A stretch of 64,000 nucleotides of DNA from the human T2T-CHM13v2.0 reference genome, Homo sapiens. Within the stretch, counting starts at the first letter, position 1. Each line of letters starts with the position of its first letter. The DNA is taken from assembly GCF_009914755.1 (NCBI RefSeq), contig NC_060930.1; one strand, given 5' to 3'. Below the pieces are notes generated by a model. It ran no database searches, was not told where the DNA came from, and worked only from the letters and a program-made list of their open reading frames with translations. Positions 13,693-26,617 of this stretch are shown here, piece after piece. The translations under genes were made by a program, and so were the position numbers.

Positions 13693-14568
13693 TATGTCCG
13701 GAATTGGTTCCTTCCGGTGGGTTCTTGGTCTCGCTGACTTCAAGAATGAAGCCGTGGACCCTCCTGGTGAGTGTTACAGTTCTTAAAGATGGTATGGCCG
13801 GAGTTTGTTCCTTCAGATGTTCAGATGTTCCAGCGCTTCTTCCTTCTGACGGGTTCATGGTCTCGCTGACTTCAGGAGTGAAGTGGCAGACCTTCGCAGT
13901 GAGTGTTACAGCTCTTAAAAGTCACGTGTCCGAACCCCGTCTCTACTAAAAATAGAAAAAATTAGCCAGGCATGGTGGCAGGTGCCCATAGTCCTAGCCA
14001 CTCGGGAAGCTGAGACAGGAGAATGGCCTGAACCCAGAATGTGGAGCTTGCACTGAGCCAAGAGCGTGGCACTGCACTCCAGCCTGGGCAACATGAGTGA
14101 GACTCCACCTCAAAAAAAAAAAAAAAAAAAAAATTGGCATGTCCGGGGTTCTTTGTTCTTCCCAGTGGGTTCGTGGTCTTGCTGACTTGAGGAATGAAGC
14201 TGCAGACACTCAGGGTGAGCGTTACAGCTCATAAAGGTAGTGCAGACCCAAAAACAGAGCAGCAGCAAAATTTATTGTGAAGAGCAAAAGAAAAAAGCTT
14301 CCACTACATGGAAGGGCACCCGACTGGGTTCCTGCTGCTGGCTCAGGTGGCCAGCCTTTATTCTTTTATTTGGCCCCACCCACATCCTGCTGATTGGTCC
14401 ATTTTACAGAGTGCTGATTGGTCCGTTTTTACAGAGTGTTGATTGGTGCATTTACAATCCTTTAGCTAGACACAGAGTGCTGATTGGTGCATGTGCAATC
14501 TTTTAGCTAGACATAAAAGTTCTCCTAGTCCCCACCCGACCCAGAAGCTCAGCTGGCTTCAACTCTCA
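13693..14568 (-). mobile_element. Solo ERV9 LTR12-family LTR (short form)
   Basis: LTR12 3' repeats 'ggtctcgctgacttcaagaatgaagcc', gattgg array, 4-bp TSD ctgt (13689-13692, 14569-14572). Confidence 0.92.
13933..14133 (+). mobile_element. 5'-truncated AluY-like inside LTR12
   Basis: Starts 'aaccccgtctctactaaaa', 'gagaatggc', poly-A, degenerate TSD ending tgtccg. Confidence 0.88.
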
Positions 14569-14600
14569 CTGTGACCTTGCTAAATTTACTTATTCTAGTA

Positions 14601-14963
14601 CAGATTATATCCAATTTACAATGATTTGACTTATGATTTTGTGACTTTACAATAGTGCTAAAGCAATATACATTCAGTAGAAATTGTATTTCAAGTACCC
14701 ATACATCCATTCTATTTTTCATTTTCAGTATAGCATTAAATAAAGTACATGAAGTACTCAACACTTTCTTATAAATAGGCTTTGCGTTAGATGGTTTTGC
14801 TCAACTCTAGGTTAATAAGTATTCTTGGCACATTTAAGGTAGGCTAGGCTAAGCTATAATGTTTGGTTGGTTAGATGTATTAAATGCATTTTTGACTAAC
14901 GGTATTCTCAATTTATGATGGGTTTATCAGGATGTAACCCCACCATAAGTCAAGAAACATCTA
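14601..14963 (-). mobile_element. MER47A-like TcMar-Tigger element
   Basis: TIR-like ends, TA flanks, 'aggtaggctaggctaagctat' core. Confidence 0.75.
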
Positions 14964-15759
14964 TAGTTGTTTTGTAAAATTTTTAAGGCATTTTCTTTAT
15001 AAACCATCATGTTATCTGCAAGTAAAGATCATTTGACTTCTTTATTCCCAATATGTGTATCATTTTTTCTTATAGTTTTATTAACATAAAGTTGTACTTA
15101 TATTTATCTAAAATTTTTGATAAAGACGTTATTCACTACTAATAGTTAGGAAAATGATGGAGACTATGTCTTTGCTTGAGCCACATATCAGACAGTCACA
15201 TGTCACGTGTAGATAGGAAGATATTCTGAGAAGAAAGTGGGCTTCCTGAATGCAGATTTGAGAGCAGAAACCACTCTCATTTTCTCAAGATGATGATGAA
15301 AGGCAGTTTATCTCAGCCCACATGAAGCATTTACAGATTATATTACCAGTTTTGACTAAATAAGTCTTTGAATTTTGACCAGTATTTTAAAAGGTTTTCT
15401 GTAAGGAAACCAAAGACTGAATATAAAGCACCAAGAACCAACTTCTTCCTCTCCTAAAACTAGCTCTTTGAGAGACACTTTATGAAATAAAAACAATGCT
15501 GGTTTAACCAGATCTTATGATAAGTCACCTGGAGAGGTTGACTAAGAAGGAAAGCAGCATAAGCAACCCAGAGCCTAAGCGAATATCAATTACTATAGGC
15601 TGAATGGAAGAAATGAAACACTATGGGCATGTGACCCAGAACTCAGTTGACATCAGGGAAAAGGAAGGGCGGAGAGTGTTACAGCAGCTTATTATCAACC
15701 CCATAGCATGTTTTTAAAGAAGATGAGAGAACGGTAATATTCTAGAAGTGACAACGAAA

Positions 15760-17760
15760 GACCCCAAATAGCCAAAGCAATCCTGAGCAAAAAGAACAAA
15801 GCTGGAGGCATCACACAACCTGACTTCAAAATATACCACAAAGTTATAGTAATCAAAACAGCATGGTATTGGTATAAAAACATACACATCAACCAATGGA
15901 ACAGAATAGAGAACCCAGAAACAAATTCAGTATTTACAGCCAACTGATTTTTGACAAAAATGCCAAGAACATACTCTGGGGAAAGTACATCCTCTTCAAT
16001 AAAGAGTGCTGGAAAAACTGGATATCTATATGCAGAAGAATGAAGCTAGACCCCTGTATCTCACCCTATACAAAAATAATTTCAAAATGGATTAACAACT
16101 TAAATGTAAGACCCAAAACTATAATATTACTAGAAAAAATATAGGAGAAGCACTTCAAGACATTGGCCTAGGCAAAGATTTTATGGCTAAAACTTCCAAA
16201 GCACAGGCAATGCAACCAAAAATAGATAAATGGGATTATATTAAACTAAAATCTTTTGCACAGCAAAGGAAACAATCAACAAAGAGACAAACTGTAGAAT
16301 GATAAAAAATATTTGCAAACTATTCACCTGACACATGACTAGTATCCAGAATATACAAGAAACTCAGACAACTTAACAGAAAAAAAAAATCCCATTAAGA
16401 AGTAGGTAAAGGATCTGAACAGACATTTATCAAGAGAAAACATACAAATGGCCAACAGGTATAGGAAAAATGCTTAACATTACTAACCATCAGTGAAATG
16501 CACATCAAAGCCACAATGAGATATCACCTCAGCCAAATTAAGAATGGCTGTTATCAAAATGACAAAAAAATAACAAATGATGGCAAGGATACGGAGAAAA
16601 GGGAACTCATACACTGTTGTTATAAATGTAAATTAGTACAGTTATTATGGAAAAACAAAATGAAAGTTTCTCAAAAAAACTGAAAATAGAACTACCATAG
16701 ATTCCAGCAATCCCACTGCTGGATATTTATTTAAAGGGAAGAAAATCAGTATATCAAAAGGATACCTGCATCCCCCATGTTTATTACAGCAGTATTTAAA
16801 GTAGCCAAGATATGAAATCAACTTAAGTGTCCATCAGTGGGTGAATGGATACAAAAATATGGTATAATACACAATGGGATACCATTCAGCCATAAAAACA
16901 GAATAAAACCCTGTATTTGCAGCAACATGGATGGAACTGGAGGTCATTATGTTAAGTGAAATAAACCAGGTACAGAAAGACAAATATCACATCTTCTTAC
17001 TCACATGTGAGAGCTAATTAAAAAAGTGGATCTCGTGGAGGTAGAGAATAGAACAAGAGTTACCAGAGGCTGAAAAGGGTGTGGGGAAGTGGTGGAGGTT
17101 GGGGGGATGAAGAGAGTTTGGTTAACAGATACAAACATACAGGTAGATAGAAAGAATAAGTTCTAGTGTTCAATAGCACAGTAGGTTGACTATAGTTAAT
17201 AATTTATTGTATATTTCAAAATAGCTAGAAAAGAAGATTTGAAATGTTCCCAACAGGCCGGGTGCAGTGGCTCATGCCTGTAATCCCAGCACTTTGGGAT
17301 GCTGAAGCGGGTGGATCACCTGAGGTCAGGAGTTCAAGACCAGCCTGGCCAACATGGTGAAACCCCGTCTCTACTAAAAATACAAAAATTAGCCTGGCAT
17401 GGTGACGGGTGCCTGTAATCTCAGTTACTCAGGAGGCTGAGGCAGGAGAATCACTTGAACCCGAGAGGCGCAGGTTGCAGTGAGCTGAGATCATGCCATT
17501 GCACTCCAGCCTGGGTGACAGAGAGAGACTCCATCTCAAAAAAAAAAAAAAAAGAAAGAAAAAAGAAAAAGAAGAAAAAGAAATATTCCCAACACAAAGA
17601 AATGATAAATGTTTGAGGTGATGGATATGCTAATTACTCTACCTTGATTACTACACATTGTATGTAACAAAATATCACATGTAACCCATAAGTATGTACA
17701 AATGTCATAACATATACATATATGTTATGTTGTACATATGATATACATACATATATCAAT
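15760..17760 (+). mobile_element. L1MA-type ORF2 3' part and 3' UTR
   Basis: ORF 15896-16144 (QLIFDK..NK.CW.NW...CRRMKLDP) is L1 ORF2p; L1MA 3' UTR 'ttctagtgttcaatagcacagtagg'. Confidence 0.88.
17256..17579 (+). mobile_element. AluSx-like
   Basis: Full dimer; TSD gaaat(g/a)ttcccaaca. Confidence 0.93.
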
Positions 17761-18203
17761 ACAAGAACAATTAGAAAGCAAAATCAAGAATGTTAGATAT
17801 TTTCATATTACATCTTAACAGAAAGAATTCTTTGAAATGATACTGTCTCATTCTTTTAACACATAATATATTCAAAATTACTAGACCAATTAAAAAACAC
17901 CTCATAGTTAACTTCATTTTATTTTCTGGCTATTTCAGTCAAAAGAAAGGTTTTATTTAACTTAGCTACATAATTTACTCATGAATCAAATTATTTTGGA
18001 TATTTAATAGTTGGGAAAAGTATAATCTGAAATTTGTTTAGCTTAGAAATGCCCATTGATTTTTTCAAATTCTAATAGCATTTAGAAATATTTGTTCCTT
18101 CCACTTTAAATTATACACCCCACCCCTGCCCTCCGACTCTTGCCTTCTGTTTTCAGCCATACTTCTGGAAAAATCTGTCTCCCCTCACTGATCCCATTTT
18201 CTT

Positions 18204-19290
18204 TCTTTTTTAAAAAAACTTTTATTTTAGGTTGGGGGGTACATGTAAAGGTTTGTTACATAGGTGAACTCATGTCATGGGAGTTTGTTGTACAGTTTAT
18301 TTCATCATCCAGGTACTAAATCTAGTACCTAATAGTTATCTTTTCTGCTCCTCTCCCTCCTCCCACTCTCCACCCTCAAGTAGACGCCAGTGTCTGCTGT
18401 TCCCTTCTTTGTGTTCATGCGTTCTCATCATTTAGCCCCCGCTTATAAGTGAGAACATGAGGTATTCGGTTTTCTGTTCCTGCATTAATTTGCTAAGGAT
18501 AATGGCCTCCAGCTCCATCCATGTTCCCACAGAAGCATGATCTTCTTCATTTTTATGGCTGTATAGTATTTCATGGTATATATATGTACCACATTTTCTT
18601 TATCCAATTTGTCATTGATGGACATTTAGGTTGATTTCATGTCTCTGCTCTTGTGAAGTGTTGCAATCAATGTTCGCATGCATGTGTCTTTATGGTAGAA
18701 TGATTTATATTCCTCTGGGTATAGACCCAGTAATAGGTTTGCTGGGTGGAATTTAGTTCTGCTTTTAGCTCCTTGAGGAATCGCCATGCTGCTTACATTG
18801 CTTTCCACAACTGTTGCACTAATTTACATTCCCACCAAAAGTGTTTAAGTCTTCCCTTTTCTCCACAACTTCACCAGCATCTGTTTTGTTTGTTTGTTTT
18901 TGTTTTGTTTTGAGATGGAGTCTCGTTCTGTTGCCCAGGCTGGAGTGCAGTGAGGCAGTCTTGGCTCACTGCAATGCCCGCCTCCCGGATTCAAGCGATT
19001 CTCCTGACTCAGCCTCCCGAGTAACTGTGACTACAGGCATGTGCCACTATGCCTGGCTAATTTTTGTATTTTCAGTAGAGACGAGTTTTCACCATGCTGG
19101 CCAGGCTGGTCTCCAACTCCTGACCTCAAGTGATCTGGCCACCTCAGTCTCCCAAAGTGCTGGGATTACAGGCATGAGCCATCACACCTCACCAGCATCT
19201 GTTATTTTTTTACTTTTTAGTAATAGCCATTCTGACTGGTGTGAGATGGTATCTTATTGCGGTTTTGATTTGCATTTCTCTAATGATCAA
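18204..19290 (-). mobile_element. 5'-truncated L1PA(13-16)/L1PB 3' end
   Basis: Antisense L1P 3' UTR; 15-bp TSD tgatc(c/t)cattttctt at 18189 and 19291. Confidence 0.85.
18884..19190 (-). mobile_element. AluS (Sx/Sz-like)
   Basis: Full dimer; TSD accagcatctgtt. Confidence 0.92.
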
Positions 19291-19299
19291 TGATCTCAT

Positions 19300-20420
19300 T
19301 TTCTTAAATCCCCTTCAGTTTGTAAACCACCGTGATTTGATTTCTGCCCCACTAAGGTTCTGAAACTGCTTAATAACCTTGCTGGTACATAATATTCTTT
19401 CCTTCCTGACTTCTCCACAGCTTTTGTTGTTGTTTACCATACCCATTTAAACGACACAAACACACACACACACATTTTTCCTTACAGTCTGCAACGTGCC
19501 ACTCTCCTGGTTCTCTGCCTACAGTTCCATTTTAGGTTCCCTGGCAGACTTGTTTCCCTCTCTATCTTTAAAATACCAATATTCTTCAAGGTCCTGACTT
19601 GGTCCCCTTATATGCCCTCATTTTCAAAATATTTCCCTAAATATTCTCAATCTTGCTCGTAGCTGTAATTATCAGCTTTACCCTGATGAATCCCAAGTCT
19701 CTATTTTCAGCCCAAACTTCATTTCTGAGCCCCAGATCTGATATCCAACTGCCTATTTAACTTCTCCACTTGAGTGTCCAGATTCAACACGCCTCAAGCT
19801 GGACTCACTCTCTTGGCTCCCCTCCTCCACCCCACCTGCTCATCTTCCCATGCTCCTTGTCTCACATAAATAAGAAGTTCAGTCATTCTCAAGGAATCGC
19901 CGGGAAATCATCCTTGACCCCTCTTCTTTCTCCATGTCCCACATTCAACCAGCCACTAAGCTTTGCCCACTGGACTTCCTAAATGTCTCACAAAAGCATC
20001 CAGTCCCTTCCAAACCCGCTCTATTATCCCAGTGCAAGCCACGCTCATTTCTCACTTCAAGTATGCATCTGTGTTCTTGCTGTTCTCCGTACCCTGAGTC
20101 TTTTCTCTCCTTGTTCTCCACACTGCTACCAAACTGATATTCTAACTTGAAAATCTGATCCTGACACCTCCCTGCTCAAGACCATTAGGTGGCTCTGTAC
20201 CGCTCTCGCAGCGAAGACCAGCTCTCTTAGCATTCCTTACAAGGCCCTGTGGGATCTGATTGGAGACGGTGCCTCTGGCCCCTTTGCATCCTGAACTTCC
20301 CCTGTCATAACAGTAAGCGCCTGATAATATCTCCAAACATAAGCCTTTGTGCTTTGCTTTTCCCAGCATCCTTGTGCTTGCGTGACTTTTCCGTTGTCAG
20401 AGGCATCTACTTTGCCTGGA
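19300..20420 (+). mobile_element. L2 fragment
   Basis: 'ctgatgaatcccaagtctctattttcagcccaaac...atatccaactgcc'. Confidence 0.7.
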
Positions 20421-21940
20421 GGAGAAGGAGGATTGTTAAAGCAGGAATTTAAAAAGCAGGAAACAGTCAATGTTCAGTGTTTCTTTTTTTAAAAACTTCT
20501 AAACAGGATTTTGAATATCTGAAGATATGTCCTGAGGGAATCAGAGAACAGAGTTTAGACCGTAAAAATAACAGAAGAAAGAGGATGAAAGAAAATGAAG
20601 CCTCCCCTCCCTACCCTGCGTGTAAGTGGAGATTGGGTGGAGGAGCAGGAACGTGATGGGGGAGGGAAGTGCATGGCCTTAGAGGAGGTGGGAGTGGGAA
20701 TGAGAGGCCAACCTAGCAGGACAAACACACAGCAGTGGGGCAAGCATCAGAATCGCTAACTGTATAGTGAACAACACCAGGATTCATGTTAAAGCCCAAC
20801 CAATGCCTGCTAACCATTCATTGCCATTCTAGGGCATACCACACAGTACCCCAAAAGGGTGCATCTTCTCCTTGACAGTTTCCATTATAATACGTAAATT
20901 GTTGCTTTCTCATTGAAATGTGTGGGTTGCTGCTCCCTTCCATTTATCAAGCGCTTGGAATACTCCTAAGTTTTTCCTCCAACAGAAGGTGATGGGACCC
21001 TGACACCCAGGAATGAAATGGTGGAATGGAAGGGACAGTGCCCAGCACTAAGACTGGGGTATAACTGGACGGCAGTGAGAATCATTCCTATCACACGCTT
21101 ATTGCACAGTGTGCTAATAATTTCCTTGCTTTTCCTATCTCCCACGAGACTGTAAGCTTATAAGGGCGGAAATCATATTGATTTTGGTCAATATTATGCC
21201 CAGTGCCCACTGCAGTGCCTAGCACATTGTGAGTGCTCAGTAGACACTGATTGGTTAAATCAACAATTTAATGAAGAATGAGTGGTTTTAAAGACATTGA
21301 TTTTAAAAGACATGGATTTCCTTTAAGTAGAGAGAATATCAAGATGGTGATGGCTTTTTATCCTAAGCATCTAAGGCCTAACACTTTTAAAAAATTAAGC
21401 AAAGGGACTGCACTTTAATAATTTTTAAGTAATTTTAGACTTTCCTGCTCTGTTGTTAAGACTTTCCAGCCTTTGAGGCCTATTTATAGTCTCCTGTTAC
21501 TCATCATTCGGAATGCCATATATATTTGGTATTTAAAATGATAAAGGCATTTGGAATGACATCTAGCGAGTTAGAATAAGAACTCACACCAGCATCAGCA
21601 AATTCCTTTCCTTCTATTGGCAAGAAAAAGTTGGCCATACAGGAAATTATTATGTGACACTGTTTCCCTTTGTACTTATGGTACAAACGGAAAGGTCAAT
21701 GATGACCCTCCGAAGATGTCCATGTCCCAGTCCCCAGAACCTGTGAATGTTACCTTATATCACAAAAGGTACTTTGTGAATGTGATTAAGGATCTTGAGA
21801 TTTTGGGTTCTCCAAGGGCATAATGAAATCACAAGAGTTCCTCTAAGAGGGCGCAGGAGGGTCAGAGTCAGAAAAGGAAATGCGAGGATGGCAACAGAGA
21901 TTTGAAGATGTCATGTTGGTGGCTTAGAAGATGGAAGAAA

Positions 21941-22212
21941 ATGCTTTGGGAGGCCAAGGCAGGCAGATCGTTCAAGCTCAAGAGTTTGAGACCAGCCTGA
22001 GCAACATAGTGAAACTGTCTCCACCAAAAATACAAAAACTTAGCTGGCTGCGGTGCAATGCACCTATAATCTCAGCTACTTGGGAGTCTGAGGTGGGAGA
22101 ATTGCTTGAACCCGGAAGGCAGAGATTGCACTGAGCTGAGATGGTTCCACTCCGCACTCCAACCCAGGCAACAGTGTGACATCCTATCTCAAAAAAAAAA
22201 AAAAAAAAAAAG
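21941..22212 (+). mobile_element. Alu (AluJ/S, slightly 5'-truncated)
   Basis: Alu dimer with poly-A. Confidence 0.88.
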
Positions 22213-22469
22213 GCCGTGAAGTGCAGGAAGCTGCTATAAGCCAGCAAAGTTAAGCAAGCAGATTCTCCAGAAGGAATACAACCCTGATGACACCTTTTCA
22301 TACTTTTTCTTTAATGTCAAAGCTTAAAAAAAATTGTCAAAAATTGAACATATTTAAGGTGTACAACATAATTATTTGACATACATATGCATTGTGCAAG
22401 GATTGCCACAATCAAATGAAGTAATGTATCACCATTCATGCTGTACATCAAACCCTCAGAACTTCACAC

Positions 22470-22745
22470 TTTTTTTTTTTTTGAGACGGAGTCTCACTCT
22501 GTTGCCCAGGCTGGAGTGCAATGGTAATCTCAGCTCACTGCAACCTCCACCTCCCAACCTCAAGCAATTCACCTGCCTCTCAAGTAGTTGGGACTACAGG
22601 CACATACCACTCCACCCAGCTAATTTCTGTATTTTCATTTGACACACGGTTTCACCGTATTGACCATGCTGGGCTCAAACTCCTGACCTCACAATCCGCT
22701 TGCCATAGTCTCCCACTGCACTGCAACTACAAGCATCACAACATC
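22470..22745 (-). mobile_element. AluS-like, progressively degraded toward the LTR12
   Basis: Near-consensus at 22481-22550, ~30% diverged at 22631-22740. Confidence 0.85.
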
Positions 22746-22820
22746 TTTTTTTTCTTTCTGGACAATCTGGCGCCATAGCCCAAACGGGAATGCAAAGACA
22801 CGATCTCTACTCACTGTAGG

Positions 22821-23959
22821 TCTGACCAGAATTGGTGGACTCTTGGTCTCACTGACTTCAATAATGAAACCACAGACCCTCCCCACGTGTGTTAAAAGCA
22901 GTATGTCCAGTTTCTTCCGTTTGTTGTTTGGATGGGTTTAGTTTTTTCCTTCAGACTTAAGTGATAAATGATACAGCTCTCAAGGCAGCTTGTCTGGAGT
23001 TACTCATTTCTCCCTGTGGGTTTGTGGTTTCAAAGGCCTTAGAAGTGAAACTACAGATTTTTAAGGTGAGAGTTACAGCTCATATGTGCACTACACACCC
23101 AATCACCTACAGCAAAATATATTGCCCACACTGGAGGAGAAAAAAAAAAAAAAACACATATTCCTCACAAAACAACACTATCCAATTAGATTGCCGCTGC
23201 TGGCTCCAGCAGCCAGCTTTTATTCCCTTATCCGGCCCCACCCACATCCTGCTGATTGGTCCATTTTACAGAGAGCTGATTGGCCCATTTTACAGCGAGC
23301 CCATTGGCCCATTTTACAGAGAGCTGATTGGTCCGCTTTGACATGGTACTGATTGGTGCGTTTACAAACCTTGAGCTAGACACAGAGTGCTGATTGGTGC
23401 ATTTACAATCCTCCAGCTAGACATAAAAGTTCTCCAAGTCCCCGCTCATCTCAGGAGCCCAGCTGACTTCCCCCAGTGGATCGTTTTAGGGCTGCAGGCG
23501 GAGCTGCCCACCACTCCTATACTGTGGCGAGGGGCAGGGAGCATCTGTCGGGGAGCCCAAGGTGGGGGGTGTAGGCCTCGGGCATGGCGGGTGGGTTGTG
23601 AGCCCTGCCCCGTCGGGAGGTGGCTGACACCGGGGACGGGCCGGCGCGGGCGGGCCGGCAGTGGTGGGAAACTTGTCCGCCCCTCCCGGTGCAGGGCCTG
23701 TCGAGGCCGCGCCCACCCGGAACTTGCGCTGGCCCGCGAGCCGGTTCTCGCCTGCGCGTCTGTCTCCACGCCTTTTCCGTTCCCGCTCGCCCCTGTTTCT
23801 CCACACATCTCTGCAAATAGAGGGAGCCGGGTCTGGTCTCAGACAATGCAGAGAGTGGTTCCCACGGTGCAGCGGCGGGCTCCTCAAGCGCGGCCAGAGT
23901 GGGCACCGAAGCAGAGGAGGCGCTGAGAGGGAGTGCTGCCCGCACACTGTTACCTCTCA
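22821..23959 (-). mobile_element. Solo ERV9 LTR12 (long GC-rich C/D-like form)
   Basis: Minus-strand start TGAGAGGTAACAGTGTG, GC-rich U3, gattgg array, degraded 3' end 'tctgaccagaattggtgg'. Confidence 0.92.
23190..23460 (-). promoter_or_regulatory. LTR12 core promoter: six CCAAT boxes, TATA-like AATAAAA (23218-23224), predicted TSS ~23190
   Basis: Six ATTGG between 23255 and 23397; known ERV9 LTR promoter layout (NF-Y sites upstream of TATA). Confidence 0.7.
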
Positions 23960-24030
23960 CAAGCTCCGCCTCCCGGTTTCAGACCATTTTCTTGCCTCGG
24001 CCTCCGGAGTAGCTGGGACTACAGGCGCCT
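23480..24030. promoter_or_regulatory. CpG-island-like segment (LTR12 U3 plus Alu)
   Basis: Dense retained CpGs (e.g. 'ccggcgcgggcgggccggc') in an otherwise CpG-poor window. Confidence 0.7.
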
Positions 24031-24435
24031 GCCCCCATGCCTGGCTAATTTCTTGTATTTTTAGTAGAGGCAGGGTTTCACCGTGTTAGCCAGGATGTTC
24101 TCAGTCTCCAGACCTCGTGAATTGCCCGTTTCGGCCTCCCAAGGTGCTGGGATTACAGGCATGAGCCACCCCGCCAGGCCCAGAACTTCATCTTACAACT
24201 GAGAGTTTGTACTCTTTACCAACATCTTCTCGTTTTCCCCACCCCCAAGCCCCTGGTAACCACCATTTTACTTCTAAAACTTCAGCTGTTTTTAGATTCT
24301 TCATATAAGTGAGGTGATGCAGTATTTGTCTTTCTGTGTCTGGCTTATTTCACTTAATGTGATGTCTTCCAGGCTTATCTATGTTGTCGCAAATAATAGG
24401 ATTCCCCTCTTTTTTCTTTATCCATTCATCTATTT

Positions 24436-24885
<450 letters not shown>

Positions 24886-25113
24886 CAGTGTTGTGTCTGT
24901 ATACTAACACTGAGCTATCTAAAAGAAAACCCCAAAGCATAAAAAAAAAAAATCCCATTAGTAATATTATCAAAGAGAATAAAATAGGAATAAATTTAAC
25001 CAAGAAGATGAAATTTCTGTATACTGAAAACTACAAAACATTGAGGAAAGAAATTGAAGAAGACACAAATAAATGGAAAGATTTCTCATTTTCATGGTTT
25101 GGAAGAATTAATA

Positions 25114-26617
<1,504 letters not shown>

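Larger units (their letters stand above)
22746..24180 (-). mobile_element. AluY split by LTR12 (22746-22820 and 23960-24180)
   Basis: '...cgatctctactcactg' | LTR | 'caagctccgcctcccg...ccgtgttagccaggatg' is one contiguous AluY. Confidence 0.85.
22296..24430 (-). mobile_element. L1MA 3' end (pieces 22296-22469, 24181-24430)
   Basis: 'atatttaaggtgtacaaca'; repeat 'cagaacttca' flanks the Alu/LTR12 block. Confidence 0.7.

Noticed and set aside
15896-16683. L1 ORF2p-like peptides as an active LINE
   Set aside because: 5'-truncated old L1MA with stops and frameshifts.
22821-23959. APOBEC3 editing of the retrovirus before integration as the cause of the LTR12 degradation
   Set aside because: That gives G>A on the viral sense strand (C>T on plus here) and stays within the element. 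The observed bias is opposite and extends into the TSD and flanking Alus.
13693-23959. The two LTR12s as the ends of one ERV9 provirus
   Set aside because: Each has its own TSD, their structures differ, and the intervening DNA is old L1/L2/MLT with no gag/pol/env.
23387-24089. Longest ORFs in the window (120-179 aa, both strands)
   Set aside because: They arise from stop-poor GC-rich LTR12 U3; overlapping frames, no protein similarity.
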